A stretch of 63,992 nucleotides of DNA, filler included, from Sandaracinaceae bacterium (lineage in GTDB: Bacteria; Myxococcota_A; Polyangia; Polyangiales; JADJQN01), in assembly GCA_947483975.1 (NCBI GenBank). It is 3 parts of 3 records of this genome, joined end to end, with 100 filler letters (N's around TTAATTAATTAA, not from the genome) between each part and the next. Parts side by side here need not be neighbours in the genome. Positions count along the whole stretch, not along the records: positions 1 to 27,308 come from CANKOL010000025.1; positions 27,409 to 54,406 come from CANKOL010000026.1; 1 more part is not named here. The stretch is one strand, 5' to 3'. The notes below the pieces were generated by a model. The model searched no databases and had not been told where the DNA came from. It saw nothing but the letters and a program-made list of their open reading frames with translations. Position numbers and translations under genes: made by a program. Numbering within the stretch: the first letter of the stretch is position 1; each line of letters starts with the position of its first letter. This document shows, in pieces, positions 21,723 to 31,672 of this stretch.

Positions 21723-23795
21723 ATGCAGTCCGTACGCACCATCCTGATCGTCGACGACGATGCGCAGACGCGCAGCGTCCTCGAGGCCTCGCTGCAAGGC
21801 GCCGGCTTTCGAACGCGCACGGCAGCGGACGGCGCCGCTGCGCGGCTCGCGCTCGAGGCGGGGTGCCCTGATCTGCTGCTGCTCGATGTGTCGCTCCCCG
21901 ACGTCGATGGCCTCGCGCTGCTGACGGAGCTGCGGCAGAGCCCGGCGACCAAGGACGTCACCGTCATCATCCTCACCGCCCGCGAGGACAACGAGGAGGT
22001 CGCGCGCGCGTTCGAGGCGGGCGCCGACGATGTGCTGCGCACCCCGGTGCGACCGACGGAGCTGCTCGCGCGCATCCGCAGCCATCTACGCCTGCGGGGC
22101 TACGTCGACGAGCTCGCGCGCAAGGAGCGCGACGCGCAGGTGATGGTCGAGCTCACGCGGGCGCTCGCGTCGTCGCTCGACTTCCGCGAGATCCTCTACA
22201 CCGTCGTGCGCCGCATCGCCGACGTCGTGCAGGTCGATCGCGTGAGCATCGTGCTCGCGCCCGAGGACGCGAACGTCGGCTACGTCGTCGCGGCGTCCGA
22301 CGACGAGCAGCTCTCGAACCTGCGCATCGACCTCGCGAAGTACCCCGAGATCCAGCAGGTGCTGCGGACGCGCGAGCCGCTGACGATCTCCGACGTCGCG
22401 ACGCATCCGGTGCTCGACGGCGTGCGCGACGACATGCAGCGCATGGGGCTCTCGTCGCTCTCGCTGCTGCCGATCGTCTGGGAAGATCAGGCGATGGGCG
22501 TGCTCTTTCTGCGCGTCGCCTCGATGCGCGGCTCGCTCAGCGAGCGCGAGATCGGGTTCTGCCGGGTCGTCGCCAACGCGACCGCCGTCGCGCTCAGGAA
22601 CGCGCGCGTGCTGCAGTCCCTCCGGGATCAGACGCAGCAGATCACCTTCGCGCGCTTCGAGGCGGAGCGACGCCTGCGCTCGCTCAAGCGCTACGCGGAC
22701 TACTTCGCGTCGGCCGCCGACGGGCTCGCGGCGCTCGACCTCGAGGGTCGGCTGCTCTTCGGCAACCCGCGCTCGTTCGACCTCGTCGGCTACACGGAGA
22801 GCGAGCTGCTCGGCCGCAAGCTGCGCGAGGTCGTGCACTCGGACGAGGTCAAGCGCGTGCGAGAGCTCGCGTTCGGCTTCGCGCGCGGCGACTACCCGCG
22901 CGGCATCGACATCCGCGTGCTGCGCAAAGACGGCGCGAGCCGCACGATGAATTTCAGCTTCTCCCCGCTGCTCGACGGCGAGGGCGCGGTGCTCTTCTCC
23001 TTCCGCGACATCACGGAGGAGCGCGAGACGGCGGCCGAGCTGATGCAGACCAAGGAGTTCCTCGAATCCTTGATCGACGCGTCGGTGGACCCGATCGTCG
23101 CCGCCGACATGAAGGGCACGATCATCCTGTTCAACATGGGTGCCGAGCGCGTCTACGGCTATCGGTCGGCGGACGTCATCGGCAAGATGAGCGTCGAGCG
23201 GCTCTACCCGGAGGGCGGCGGACGCGAGGTGATGCGCATCATCCGCTCGCCGCAGCACGGCGGCGTCGGGCGGCTCGACAGCATCCGCACCGAGGTCATC
23301 GACTGCGCGGGGACGCGCATCCCGATCTCGCTCTCGGCGTCGCTGATCTACCGGGGCACGGAGCCCGTCGCGAGCTTCGGCATCTTCACGGATCTCCGCG
23401 ACAAGCTGCGCTCCGAGGACCGCCTCGCGCAGGCGCAGCAGCAGCTCGCGGTCACCGAGAAGCAGGCGCTGATCGCGGAGCTCGCGGGCACGGCGGCGCA
23501 CGAGCTGAACCAGCCGCTGCAGAGCGTGATGGTCTACGCCGAGATGCTGATGCGGAAGATCGCCGCGGGCACGAGCGAGCACAACTACGCCAAGACGATC
23601 GTCGGTGAGACGGAGCGGATGAAGGAGATCGTCCGCAAGATCGGGAAGATCACGAAGTACGAGACGAAGTCGTACGTCGGCACGCAGCGCATCCTCGACC
23701 TCGACAAGGCCGCGGGCGAGTCGCGCGACAGTGACTTCCCGAAGCGCATCTCCTCGAAGCCGCCGGCGGCAGACCGAGGAGAGCCGAAGTCGTGA
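21723..23795 (+). CDS. REC-GAF-PAS-PAS-HisKA signalling protein lacking an ATPase domain
   Basis: ILIVDDD..LLLLDV receiver; GAF; two PAS; AAHELNQPL H-box followed by only about 100 aa with no N/G1/F/G2 boxes. Confidence 0.88.
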   Translation: MQSVRTILIVDDDAQTRSVLEASLQGAGFRTRTAADGAAARLALEAGCPDLLLLDVSLPDVDGLALLTELRQSPATKDVTVIILTAREDNEEVARAFEAGADDVLRTPVRPTELLARIRSHLRLRGYVDELARKERDAQVMVELTRALASSLDFREILYTVVRRIADVVQVDRVSIVLAPEDANVGYVVAASDDEQLSNLRIDLAKYPEIQQVLRTREPLTISDVATHPVLDGVRDDMQRMGLSSLSLLPIVWEDQAMGVLFLRVASMRGSLSEREIGFCRVVANATAVALRNARVLQSLRDQTQQITFARFEAERRLRSLKRYADYFASAADGLAALDLEGRLLFGNPRSFDLVGYTESELLGRKLREVVHSDEVKRVRELAFGFARGDYPRGIDIRVLRKDGASRTMNFSFSPLLDGEGAVLFSFRDITEERETAAELMQTKEFLESLIDASVDPIVAADMKGTIILFNMGAERVYGYRSADVIGKMSVERLYPEGGGREVMRIIRSPQHGGVGRLDSIRTEVIDCAGTRIPISLSASLIYRGTEPVASFGIFTDLRDKLRSEDRLAQAQQQLAVTEKQALIAELAGTAAHELNQPLQSVMVYAEMLMRKIAAGTSEHNYAKTIVGETERMKEIVRKIGKITKYETKSYVGTQRILDLDKAAGESRDSDFPKRISSKPPAADRGEPKS

Positions 23796-25495
23796 GCAAG
23801 CGCGACCGCAGCGGAGAGTTGGGCGACGAAGGGCGCGGCACGAGGGCGCCGCGCGTGAGCAACGTCTTCTCGACCGAGCGACCGAGCGGCCCGGCTCCGC
23901 GGTCGGCGGCGCCTGCCGCAGCGCTCGAGGCGCCGTCGCCCGATCGCGTGCTCTTCGCGGTGCTCGATCTCAGCCGCACCGCCCTCGTCGAGCAGCACGA
24001 CGAGGAGATCGTGCACCACTACGTGGACGTGCTCCGCGGGCTCTTCCCGGCGCGGCAGTTCGCGGTGCGCCTCGTCGCGCCGGACACCGGCGAGCTGACC
24101 GTCGTCTACGCGACGGGGCGCCTGCGCAGCGAGACGCGAGACGCCGTGCGCGTGTCGCAGACGGCGCTGACGCGACACTCGATCCAGATCGAGCACCCTG
24201 GGATCACCGCGTCGGACGGCTATATCCCCCTGTTCACCGAGGACGGCTGCGGCTTCGACGTGCCGCTGGTGGACGGGGAGCGCTTCCTCGGGACGGTCGC
24301 CGTCGAGTACGCCGCCGGCACGACGCCGCCTCCCGGGGACCCGCCGACGATCGTGCCGATGGTGCTGCAGCTCGCGGCGACGCTGCGGAACGCGCAGCTC
24401 TTCCGCGAGTCCGTCTATCTACGCGACTACCTCGGCAAGGTCGTCGAGAACGCCAACGCGCCGATCCTCGTCGTCAGCCGCACGCGCGCGATCACGGTGG
24501 TCAACCGCGCGTTCCTCTCGACGACGGGCTTCACGCGCGAGGCGCTGATCGGCAGGAATTTCCTGCGGATGCTGCCCGCCTCCGAGCGCCGACGGCTGCT
24601 GCCCGTGTTCATCGGCGCGCTCCGCGGCGAGCCCGCGTCGAACGTGGAGGTGTCGCTCCCGCGGGCGAGCGGAGGCGCGGCGCGCCTGTCGGTCAACGTC
24701 GCCTCGATCATGAGCTCGGACGGCGAGGTCGAGGGCGTCATCGCGATCTGCCGCGACCTGACCGAGGTGCGCAACCTCGAGCATCAGGTGCTTCAGGCGG
24801 AGAAGCTCGCCACCCTCGGGCAGCTCGCGGCGGGCGTCGTGCACGAGCTGAACAACCCGCTGACGAGCATCACGGTCTACGCCGAGCATCTGCTGCGCAA
24901 GAACGAGCGCGCGGGCGGCGATCCGACCGACACCGAGCGCCTCGGGCGCATCCTCGAGGCAGCGCAGCGCATCCTCAATTTCACCCGCGACCTCGTCGCC
25001 TATGCGCGCCCGAGCGCCGAAGAGCCCCGCGAGATCTCGCTCGAGTCCGTGCTCGATCAGGCGATCGTCTTCTGCGCGCACGTCCTCGAGGAGGGCGGCG
25101 TCACGGTCGAGAAGCGCTACACGAGCGGCCTGCCGCATGTGTACGCGGTGCGCTCGCAGCTGCATCAGGTCTTCATCAACCTGATCACGAACGCCTGCCA
25201 CGCGATGCCGGACGGCAAGGGACTGCTCGGCCTCGAGACCAGCGCCGACGCGTCCACGGGCCGCGTGCTGGTGCGCGTGCAGGACAACGGCACCGGCATC
25301 GACCCGGCCACGATCGAGCGCGTCTTCGAGCCCTTCTACACGACGAAGGGCGAGGGCAAGGGCACCGGGCTCGGGCTGTCGATCGTGCGGAACATCGTGC
25401 AGCAGCATCGCGGCGAGATCACCGCCGAGAGCGCTCCAGGAGTCCGCACGACCTTCACCGTCAAGCTGCCGGGCAAGGCCGACCCCGCGGCCTGA
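23792..25495 (+). CDS. GAF-PAS sensor histidine kinase
   Basis: GVVHELNNPL, QVFINLITNA, DNGTGI, FEPFYTTK, GTGLGL; GTGA overlap with previous gene. Confidence 0.93.
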   Translation: MSKRDRSGELGDEGRGTRAPRVSNVFSTERPSGPAPRSAAPAAALEAPSPDRVLFAVLDLSRTALVEQHDEEIVHHYVDVLRGLFPARQFAVRLVAPDTGELTVVYATGRLRSETRDAVRVSQTALTRHSIQIEHPGITASDGYIPLFTEDGCGFDVPLVDGERFLGTVAVEYAAGTTPPPGDPPTIVPMVLQLAATLRNAQLFRESVYLRDYLGKVVENANAPILVVSRTRAITVVNRAFLSTTGFTREALIGRNFLRMLPASERRRLLPVFIGALRGEPASNVEVSLPRASGGAARLSVNVASIMSSDGEVEGVIAICRDLTEVRNLEHQVLQAEKLATLGQLAAGVVHELNNPLTSITVYAEHLLRKNERAGGDPTDTERLGRILEAAQRILNFTRDLVAYARPSAEEPREISLESVLDQAIVFCAHVLEEGGVTVEKRYTSGLPHVYAVRSQLHQVFINLITNACHAMPDGKGLLGLETSADASTGRVLVRVQDNGTGIDPATIERVFEPFYTTKGEGKGTGLGLSIVRNIVQQHRGEITAESAPGVRTTFTVKLPGKADPAA

Positions 25496-25514
25496 GCGCT
25501 CGCGGGGGGCGGGC

Positions 25515-26111
25515 TCAGCCCTCGAGCTCGGACTGCTTCTCGACGACGCGATTGACGAGGCCGTACTCCTTGGCCTCGAGCGAGGTCAGCCAGAAGTCGC
25601 GGTCCGAGTCGTTCTCGACCTTCGCGAAGGGCTTGCCGGTCGCCTCGGCGACGATCTGGTTGTAGCGGCGCTTGAGCGCGACGATCTGCCGCGCGGCGAT
25701 GTCGATGTCGGTGGACTGCCCGCGCGTCACGGTGGACGGCTGGTGCAGCAAGAAGCGCGAATTCGGGAGCGCGAAGCGCTTGCCCTGCGGCGCGCCGAGG
25801 AAGATCAGCACCGCGGCGGAGGCGACGAGGCCGTTCGCGACCGTGCGGATCGGCGCCGTCGAGAAGCGGAACAGGTCGAAGATCGCGAAGCCGACATCCG
25901 CCGCGCCGCCGGGCGAATTGACGAGCACGGTGATCGGCTTCGACGAGTCCTTGCGCTCGAGGATCGAGAGCTGGGTCGCGACCTTGCGATAGAGGATGTC
26001 GCTGACCTCCTCGCCGACGATGATCCTGCGCGACTCGAGCAGTTCGCTCTCGAGCCTGGGGCTGCCAGCTTCCTTGGGCTGACTCTCACCGTCTTCTGCG
26101 TAACGCGTCAT
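25515..26111 (-). CDS. clpP: ATP-dependent Clp protease proteolytic subunit
   Basis: NSPGG, GLVASAA (Ser), LLHQPS (His), DRDFWL, EAKEYGLV. Confidence 0.93.
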   Translation of the reverse strand: MTRYAEDGESQPKEAGSPRLESELLESRRIIVGEEVSDILYRKVATQLSILERKDSSKPITVLVNSPGGAADVGFAIFDLFRFSTAPIRTVANGLVASAAVLIFLGAPQGKRFALPNSRFLLHQPSTVTRGQSTDIDIAARQIVALKRRYNQIVAEATGKPFAKVENDSDRDFWLTSLEAKEYGLVNRVVEKQSELEG

Positions 26112-26244
26112 GTTGATTCGTCCTCCGGGTCGGCCCGACGCTAGCACCCTGCCCGCGCCGACGCTCGATTCGAGGGCCGCGGGCGCGCGGCGCGAACCCT
26201 TTTCGCGCGACGCTGGCTCTGACTACGCAACCCAGGAGGCGTCG

Positions 26245-26421
26245 ATGTGTCAGGCAGTCCAGTGCGCGAAGTGTGAGAAGACCGGCTGGAAGGGCTGTGG
26301 AGCCCACGTCGAGCAGGTGCTCGCGGGCGTCCCGAAGGCGCAGCGCTGTCAGTGCGCCGGCGGCGCGCAGTCGAAGCCGATGGGCGATATGCTGCGCGGG
26401 CTGTTCGGGATGAAGAAGTAG
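26245..26421 (+). CDS. Small Cys-rich protein (58 aa)
   Basis: AGGAGG RBS at 26234-26239; MCQAVQCAKCEKTGWKGCGAHVEQVL..RCQC. Confidence 0.8.
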   Translation: MCQAVQCAKCEKTGWKGCGAHVEQVLAGVPKAQRCQCAGGAQSKPMGDMLRGLFGMKK

Positions 26422-26482
26422 CGCGCGGCTCGGCGTGCTGCGCTGAGCGCTCAGAGCAGCTCAAGCGCTCGCTCAGAGCAGC

Positions 26483-27308
26483 TCAGATCAGCACGCCGCC
26501 GATACCCGGCACGACGATGTAGACGTTGCGGAGGTCGAGCCGCGAGCCGCCCGGCACGTCGACGACCTCGATCTGCGCGCGGAAGATCTGCACGTACGCC
26601 TGCTGCGGCAGGAAGTCGTTCTGGAAGGTCACCTGGAAGGTGATCGTCGTGCCGCCCGCGACGCCGTAGAAGGTCGTCGCGTCGAACGTCGTCGCGCGCG
26701 TCGCGCGGAGCGGCGCGACCGCCTTGATGAAGAGCGTCGCGTCGACGGCGTCGCTCGTGTCGTCGAGGTTGTGCGAGGTGACGTCCTGCTGCGCCGCGCC
26801 GACGAGCGCGAGGACGCCATCGACGACCGAGGTGCTGACGGCGCCGCCCGGCACGTCGTAGACGGTGAGCGCGCCCGAGGACGACACGGAGCCCGTCGCG
26901 CGGGCAAGCTGCTCGAGATCCGCGCGCGCGGGCGTGAAGAAGAAGATCGGCACCGCGGCGCCGACGAGCTTGACCGCGCCGCCGGTGAGCGCCGCGACGG
27001 TCGTCGGCCAGTCGACCGCGGCGACGCCGCTGTAGGCGTTCGCGGGGTCCGAGTCGTTGTGCGCGTGCGCGTCGGTGACGACGACGATGATCGGGTAGCT
27101 GTCGCGCCGGAAGCACGCGCCGCCGAAGCCCGCGCCCGTCGCGCAGACGCCGCTCGCCGCGCCGTAGAGCCCCTCGAGCATCGCCTCGGGCTCGTCGTTG
27201 CCGCCGCCCGCGACGAGCGTGCCGAGCGCCGTCTGCACCGCGGGGACGCTCGCGGTCATCGTCTGGCGCGTGACGTACGAGAAGTCGCCGGGGCTGCCGT
27301 AGGGGTCG
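26483..27308 (-). CDS. C-terminal part of a vWA-like secreted protein (truncated by contig end)
   Basis: GGGNDEPEAMLEGL, PIIVVVTDA; frame open to the gap. Confidence 0.75.
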
Positions 27309-27408
27309 NNNNNNNNNNNNNNNNNNNNNNNNNNNNNNNNNNNNNNNNNNNNTTAATTAATTAANNNNNNNNNNNNNNNNNNNNNNNNNNNNNNNNNNNN
27401 NNNNNNNN
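27309..27408. other. Artificial contig linker
   Basis: 44 N + TTAATTAATTAA (stops in all six frames) + 44 N. Confidence 0.98.
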
Positions 27409-28044
27409 ATCCGCGCCGCGGGAGGCGAAGCGCACGCCATCGTCGCCGACCACACGCAGCCCGCCGACAACGCGCGCGCCGTCGCCGAGGCGATCGCCGC
27501 CCTCGGTGGCCTCGACGCGCTCGTCAACGCCGCGGGCGTCATCGGCAACGACGGCTTCCTCGCGCCGCGCGCCGAGGAGTGGCGCCGCGTGCTCGACGTC
27601 AACGTCGAGGCCGTCTATCAGCTGACGACCGCCGCCGTCCCGCACCTGATCGAGGCCGCGAAGTCCGGCCGCGGCGCGACCATCGCGAACGTCTCGAGCG
27701 TCGCGAGCCTCCGCCCCTACCCCAACCTGCTCGCCTACTGCACCAGCAAAGCGGCGCTCGACATGATGACCCAAGTGGCCGCGATCGAGCTCGCGCCGCA
27801 CGGCGTCCGCGCCAACGCCGTCAACCCCGGCGTCGTCATCAGCGAGCTCCACACCATCACCGGCACGGTCGCCGACTACCCCGCGTTCCTCGAGCGCGCG
27901 AAGGCGACGCACCCGCTCGGTCGCCCCGGCACCCCCGACGACATCGCGGCGCTGATCGCGTTCCTCGCGAGCGACGACGCCTCGTGGATCACCGGCGGCC
28001 TGCACTCCATCGACGGCGGGCGCGCCCTCACCTCGCTGCGCTGA
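27409..28044 (+). CDS. SDR family oxidoreductase (5' truncated)
   Basis: LVNAAGV, NVSS, YCTSK, NAVNPG, ITG..IDGG. Confidence 0.92.
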   Translation: MRAAGGEAHAIVADHTQPADNARAVAEAIAALGGLDALVNAAGVIGNDGFLAPRAEEWRRVLDVNVEAVYQLTTAAVPHLIEAAKSGRGATIANVSSVASLRPYPNLLAYCTSKAALDMMTQVAAIELAPHGVRANAVNPGVVISELHTITGTVADYPAFLERAKATHPLGRPGTPDDIAALIAFLASDDASWITGGLHSIDGGRALTSLR

Positions 28045-28066
28045 GCCGCGCGAGCCGCCGGCTCGT

Positions 28067-28726
28067 TCAGTCGTCGAAGCGCACGTTGTCCGCGAGGGGC
28101 GAGCGCGTCGTGCGCGCGGCGTTGACGGGCGCGCGCTCGTCCTCGTAGCCGAGCGCGATCCCGAAGAACAAGCCGACGTGCTCGTCCCACTTCAGAAACG
28201 GGCGCGCCGCGTCCGCCTGCGTCGCGAGCGCCGCCTGCGCGCACGCCGACACGCCCTCCTCCGTCGCCATCAGCAGCACGGACTGCAGCCAGCAGCCGAG
28301 GTCGATCGCCGCGTACGGCATCATGCGCTTGTCGAGCCCGACCATCGCGACGTGCGGCGCGTCGAAGCCGCGGTAGTTGCGCAGCCACGCCTCGTGCCGC
28401 CCCGCGTGGTCGCCGCGCGCGACGCCCATCGCCGTGTAGAGCGCGACGCCGCACTCCTTGCGGTGCTGCCCGTACGGCTCGGGGAACTCCGTCGGCCACT
28501 GAAAGTCACAGCCCGCGTTGCCCGCGAGCGCCGCGGCGACGAGGGCATCGGTGAGCGCGGTCTTCGCTGCGCCGCTCGTGACGACGACGCGCCAAGGCTG
28601 GACGTTGCACCACGACGGCGTCAGCTGCGCAGCCGAGAAGATCCGCTCGAGCGTCGCGCGCGGGACCTCGCGCTGCTGAAAGCCGCGCACGCTGCGCCGC
28701 TGGGTGAGTGCCTCGAAGACGTCCAT
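28067..28726 (-). CDS. Nitroreductase family protein
   Basis: RRSVRGF, PSWCNVQPW, FDAPH, GIALGY. Confidence 0.92.
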   Translation of the reverse strand: MDVFEALTQRRSVRGFQQREVPRATLERIFSAAQLTPSWCNVQPWRVVVTSGAAKTALTDALVAAALAGNAGCDFQWPTEFPEPYGQHRKECGVALYTAMGVARGDHAGRHEAWLRNYRGFDAPHVAMVGLDKRMMPYAAIDLGCWLQSVLLMATEEGVSACAQAALATQADAARPFLKWDEHVGLFFGIALGYEDERAPVNAARTTRSPLADNVRFDD

Positions 28727-28805
28727 CGTGCGCCGAGGGTAGCAGCGCCCGACGCGGCCCGCGCCCGGCCTTGACACGCCCCCGCGCAGCCCCGAGCCTC
28801 GGCGC

Positions 28806-29987
28806 ATGCGCCTCCGACCGCCCCACTCTGCTGCCAACCGCTCGTGGGCCCTCGCCTCCGCGCTCCTCATGTTGCTCTCGGCGAGCGCCTGCTCGACCGA
28901 GAGCGGGACGCGGCGGCACGGCACCTCCGACGGCGGCGTCACGCCCACCGATCTCGGCCCGCGCGCAGACCTCGCCGGGCTCGACCTCGGCCCCGCGCCG
29001 ATCTGCGAGACGACCGTCGCGACCGCCGAGCCGCGGCCGGCGACGCTCGTCTTTCAGCTCGACACGAGCGGCAGCATGAACTGCGACCGCGCCGCCGCGT
29101 CATGCCTCGTCGGCGACCCGACGCCCGCGCCCGACGACTCCCGCTGGGACGTGATGCGCACGGAGCTAGGCGCCGCGCTCGCGTCGCTCCCCGACTCGAC
29201 GCGCGCCGGCCTGCTGCACTACCCCTCGACGTTCAGCTGCGCCCCCTCGGACGCGCCGCCGCTCGTCGCCGTCGACGTGCTCTCGACGACGCGCGCCCTC
29301 ATCGCGGCGGCGACCGCGGCCCTCGCGCCGCAGGGCATCACGCCGACGCGCGACGCCGTCCAGGCGGCCCTCACCGTGCTCCGCGCGCGCCCCACGACCG
29401 AGGACCGCTACCTCCTGCTCGCGACCGACGGCGCCGCGACCGTCTGCCTCGGCTGCCGCGCCGACTGCTCCTACTCCGAGCTAGACGCCGACAACCTCGC
29501 GCTCGTCGACGACGTGCGCACGGCCGCGAGCGAAGGCATCCGCACCTTCGTCGTCGGCGTCCCGGGCTCGCAGGGCTACCGCGCGGTCCTCTCTCAGCTG
29601 GCGACCGCCGGCGGCTCCGCGCGCGCAGGCTGCTCCGACGCCGGCCCGCTCTACTGCCACTACGACCTCACCGACGCTTCCACAGACTTCGCGACCGGCC
29701 TCCGCGACGCGCTCGCCGCCATCGGCGGCGCCGTCGTCAGCTGCGACTACACGATCCCCGCAAACCCCGACGGAACCGCCTTCGATCCGACGTCCGTCAA
29801 CGTCGTCCTCTACGACGCCGCGGGCACCGAGACGGGCCGCCTCGCGCGCGACCCCGCCCGCGCCGACGGCTGGGACTACTCCGACGACCTGAGCCACATC
29901 GTGCTGCACGGCCCCGCCTGCGATAGCGCCCGCGCGACCGAGGGACGCGTGGAGGTGCAGTTCGGCTGCCCGACCGTGTTCCTCTAA
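28806..29987 (+). CDS. vWA-domain lipoprotein
   Basis: Lipobox SASAC; QLDTSGSM MIDAS; LATDG; C-terminal LHGPAC..FGCPT. Confidence 0.85.
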   Translation: MRLRPPHSAANRSWALASALLMLLSASACSTESGTRRHGTSDGGVTPTDLGPRADLAGLDLGPAPICETTVATAEPRPATLVFQLDTSGSMNCDRAAASCLVGDPTPAPDDSRWDVMRTELGAALASLPDSTRAGLLHYPSTFSCAPSDAPPLVAVDVLSTTRALIAAATAALAPQGITPTRDAVQAALTVLRARPTTEDRYLLLATDGAATVCLGCRADCSYSELDADNLALVDDVRTAASEGIRTFVVGVPGSQGYRAVLSQLATAGGSARAGCSDAGPLYCHYDLTDASTDFATGLRDALAAIGGAVVSCDYTIPANPDGTAFDPTSVNVVLYDAAGTETGRLARDPARADGWDYSDDLSHIVLHGPACDSARATEGRVEVQFGCPTVFL

Positions 29988-30062
29988 ACCGTGTTCCTCT
30001 AAACCGTGCTCCTCTAAACCGTGTTCCTCTAAACCGTGCTCCTCTAAACCGTGCTCCCCTAA
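29973..30062. repeat. Six tandem copies of 15-bp ACCGTGYTCCYCTAA
   Basis: Copies start at 29973, 29988, 30003, 30018, 30033 and 30048. Confidence 0.97.
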
Positions 30063-31609
30063 GCGCTCAGCGAGCGGTGCTTGGTCGCCTTCATGCCGAC
30101 CCAGTAGAGCCCGCCTGCGACCGCAAAGCCCACGAACCACGCGAACACGTACACCCAGTGCAGCGTCCAGTGGAGCGGGCCGACGAGCTTCACCTGCTCG
30201 AGAAACCCGGGCACGTTCGGCAGAATCCCCACGATCGTCGCGCCTACCGCGATCCAGTTGACGCCCGCGAACTTGCCATTGGGCCGATACAACTCCGGCA
30301 CATCGAGCGTCTGCTTTCGCAGCACCCAGTAGTCGATCAGCATGATCCCGCAGATTGGCCCGAGCAGCGCGCTGTAGCCGACGAGCCAGTCCATCACGCC
30401 GTGACTGACCAGCTTCCACGGCATGAACAGAAACCCAGCGACCGCCGTGATCAGCCCGCCCGTCTGAAACGAGATCTTCCGCGGCGCGAGGTTCGCGATG
30501 TCGTTGGCGGGCGACACGACGTTCGCCGCGATGTTGACCGAGATGCTCGCGACGCCGACGCCGACGACCCCGAGGAGCGCGACGAGCACGCGCGTCCCGC
30601 CCGACGCGAAGAGCGGCGCGTCGAGCCCCGGCGGCGGCGTCGCCGTCGTCATCCACGCGAGGATCTTCACCGGATCCCAGAGCGCGGCGAGCTCGTCGGG
30701 CGGCAGCCCGTGCAAGAGCGCGCGCGCCGCGCTCGTGATGATCACCGCCATCGCGGAGAACACGATCATCGTCGTCGGCAAGCCGAGCGCCTGCCCGAGC
30801 ATCTGCTCGCGCTGCCCCTTCCCGAAGCGCGTGAAGTCCGGGATGTTGAGCGCCAGCGTCGACCAGAAGCCGACGACGCCCGTCAGCCACGGGAGAAACA
30901 CCGCGAAGAACTTCGCGCTCGTGTCGAGCGTCGACGGCTGCGAGAGCATGTCGCCGAACCCGGCGCGCGCGACGACCCAGACGAGCAGCCCCGCCGCCAT
31001 CACGAGCACGAGCGGCGCCGCCCAGTTCTCGAACACGCGGAGGAACTCCATCCCGCGATAGATCACGAAGACGTTGAGCGCCCAGAACACGCTGAACGCG
31101 AGCATATGCGGGAGCGGATAGCCGAGGATCTCGAGCCCTCCGCCGAGACGTCCCCAGCCGGGCCAGATCGCCTCGACCACGGTCGACACCCCCTCACCGC
31201 CGAAGTAGCAGTTGATGCCGAACCAGCCGCACGCGACGACCGCGCGCAGCATCGCGGGGAAATTCGCGCCCGTCGTGCCGTAGGACGCGCGCGCCAGCAC
31301 GGGGAACGGCAGCCCATACTTCGTGCCCGGGTGCGCGTTGAGCAGGATCGGCACGAGGACGAGCATCGTGCCGACACCGATGGTGCAGAGCGCCTGCCAC
31401 CAGCTCATCCCCGCCGCGATCATCCCGCCCGCGAGCGTGTACGTCGGGATGCAGTGGCACATCGAGATCCACAGCGCCGCGAACGAGTACGTGTTCCACG
31501 TGCGGCGACTCGGCGGCACGGGCGCGAGATCCGCCGAGAAGAGCGGCGAGGTCGCGATGTCCGGCGGCAGCAGCGCCAGAGCTTCAGCGGCGAGCGAAGG
31601 GTCGTGCAT
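30059..31609 (-). CDS. NCS1 nucleobase:cation symporter
   Basis: DLAPVPPSRRTW, HPGTKYGLPFPVLARAS, CGWFGI, LALNIPDFTRF, NIAANVVSPAND. Confidence 0.95.
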   Translation of the reverse strand: MHDPSLAAEALALLPPDIATSPLFSADLAPVPPSRRTWNTYSFAALWISMCHCIPTYTLAGGMIAAGMSWWQALCTIGVGTMLVLVPILLNAHPGTKYGLPFPVLARASYGTTGANFPAMLRAVVACGWFGINCYFGGEGVSTVVEAIWPGWGRLGGGLEILGYPLPHMLAFSVFWALNVFVIYRGMEFLRVFENWAAPLVLVMAAGLLVWVVARAGFGDMLSQPSTLDTSAKFFAVFLPWLTGVVGFWSTLALNIPDFTRFGKGQREQMLGQALGLPTTMIVFSAMAVIITSAARALLHGLPPDELAALWDPVKILAWMTTATPPPGLDAPLFASGGTRVLVALLGVVGVGVASISVNIAANVVSPANDIANLAPRKISFQTGGLITAVAGFLFMPWKLVSHGVMDWLVGYSALLGPICGIMLIDYWVLRKQTLDVPELYRPNGKFAGVNWIAVGATIVGILPNVPGFLEQVKLVGPLHWTLHWVYVFAWFVGFAVAGGLYWVGMKATKHRSLSA

Positions 31610-31672
31610 GGTGCGCGCGAGGATATCCGAGACGCAGCCGCCTCGATATCGTCGCGCGCCCCGCGGCCGGGC

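Noticed and set aside
27309..27408. AT-rich palindrome TTAATTAATTAA within N runs (also 54407-54506)
   Set aside because: Identical 100-nt synthetic linkers joining contigs; not biological
29973..30062. Possible CRISPR array, or LEEHG repeat protein (ORF 29481-30890)
   Set aside because: Head-to-tail 15-mers without spacers; the ORF is a shadow frame over two real genes
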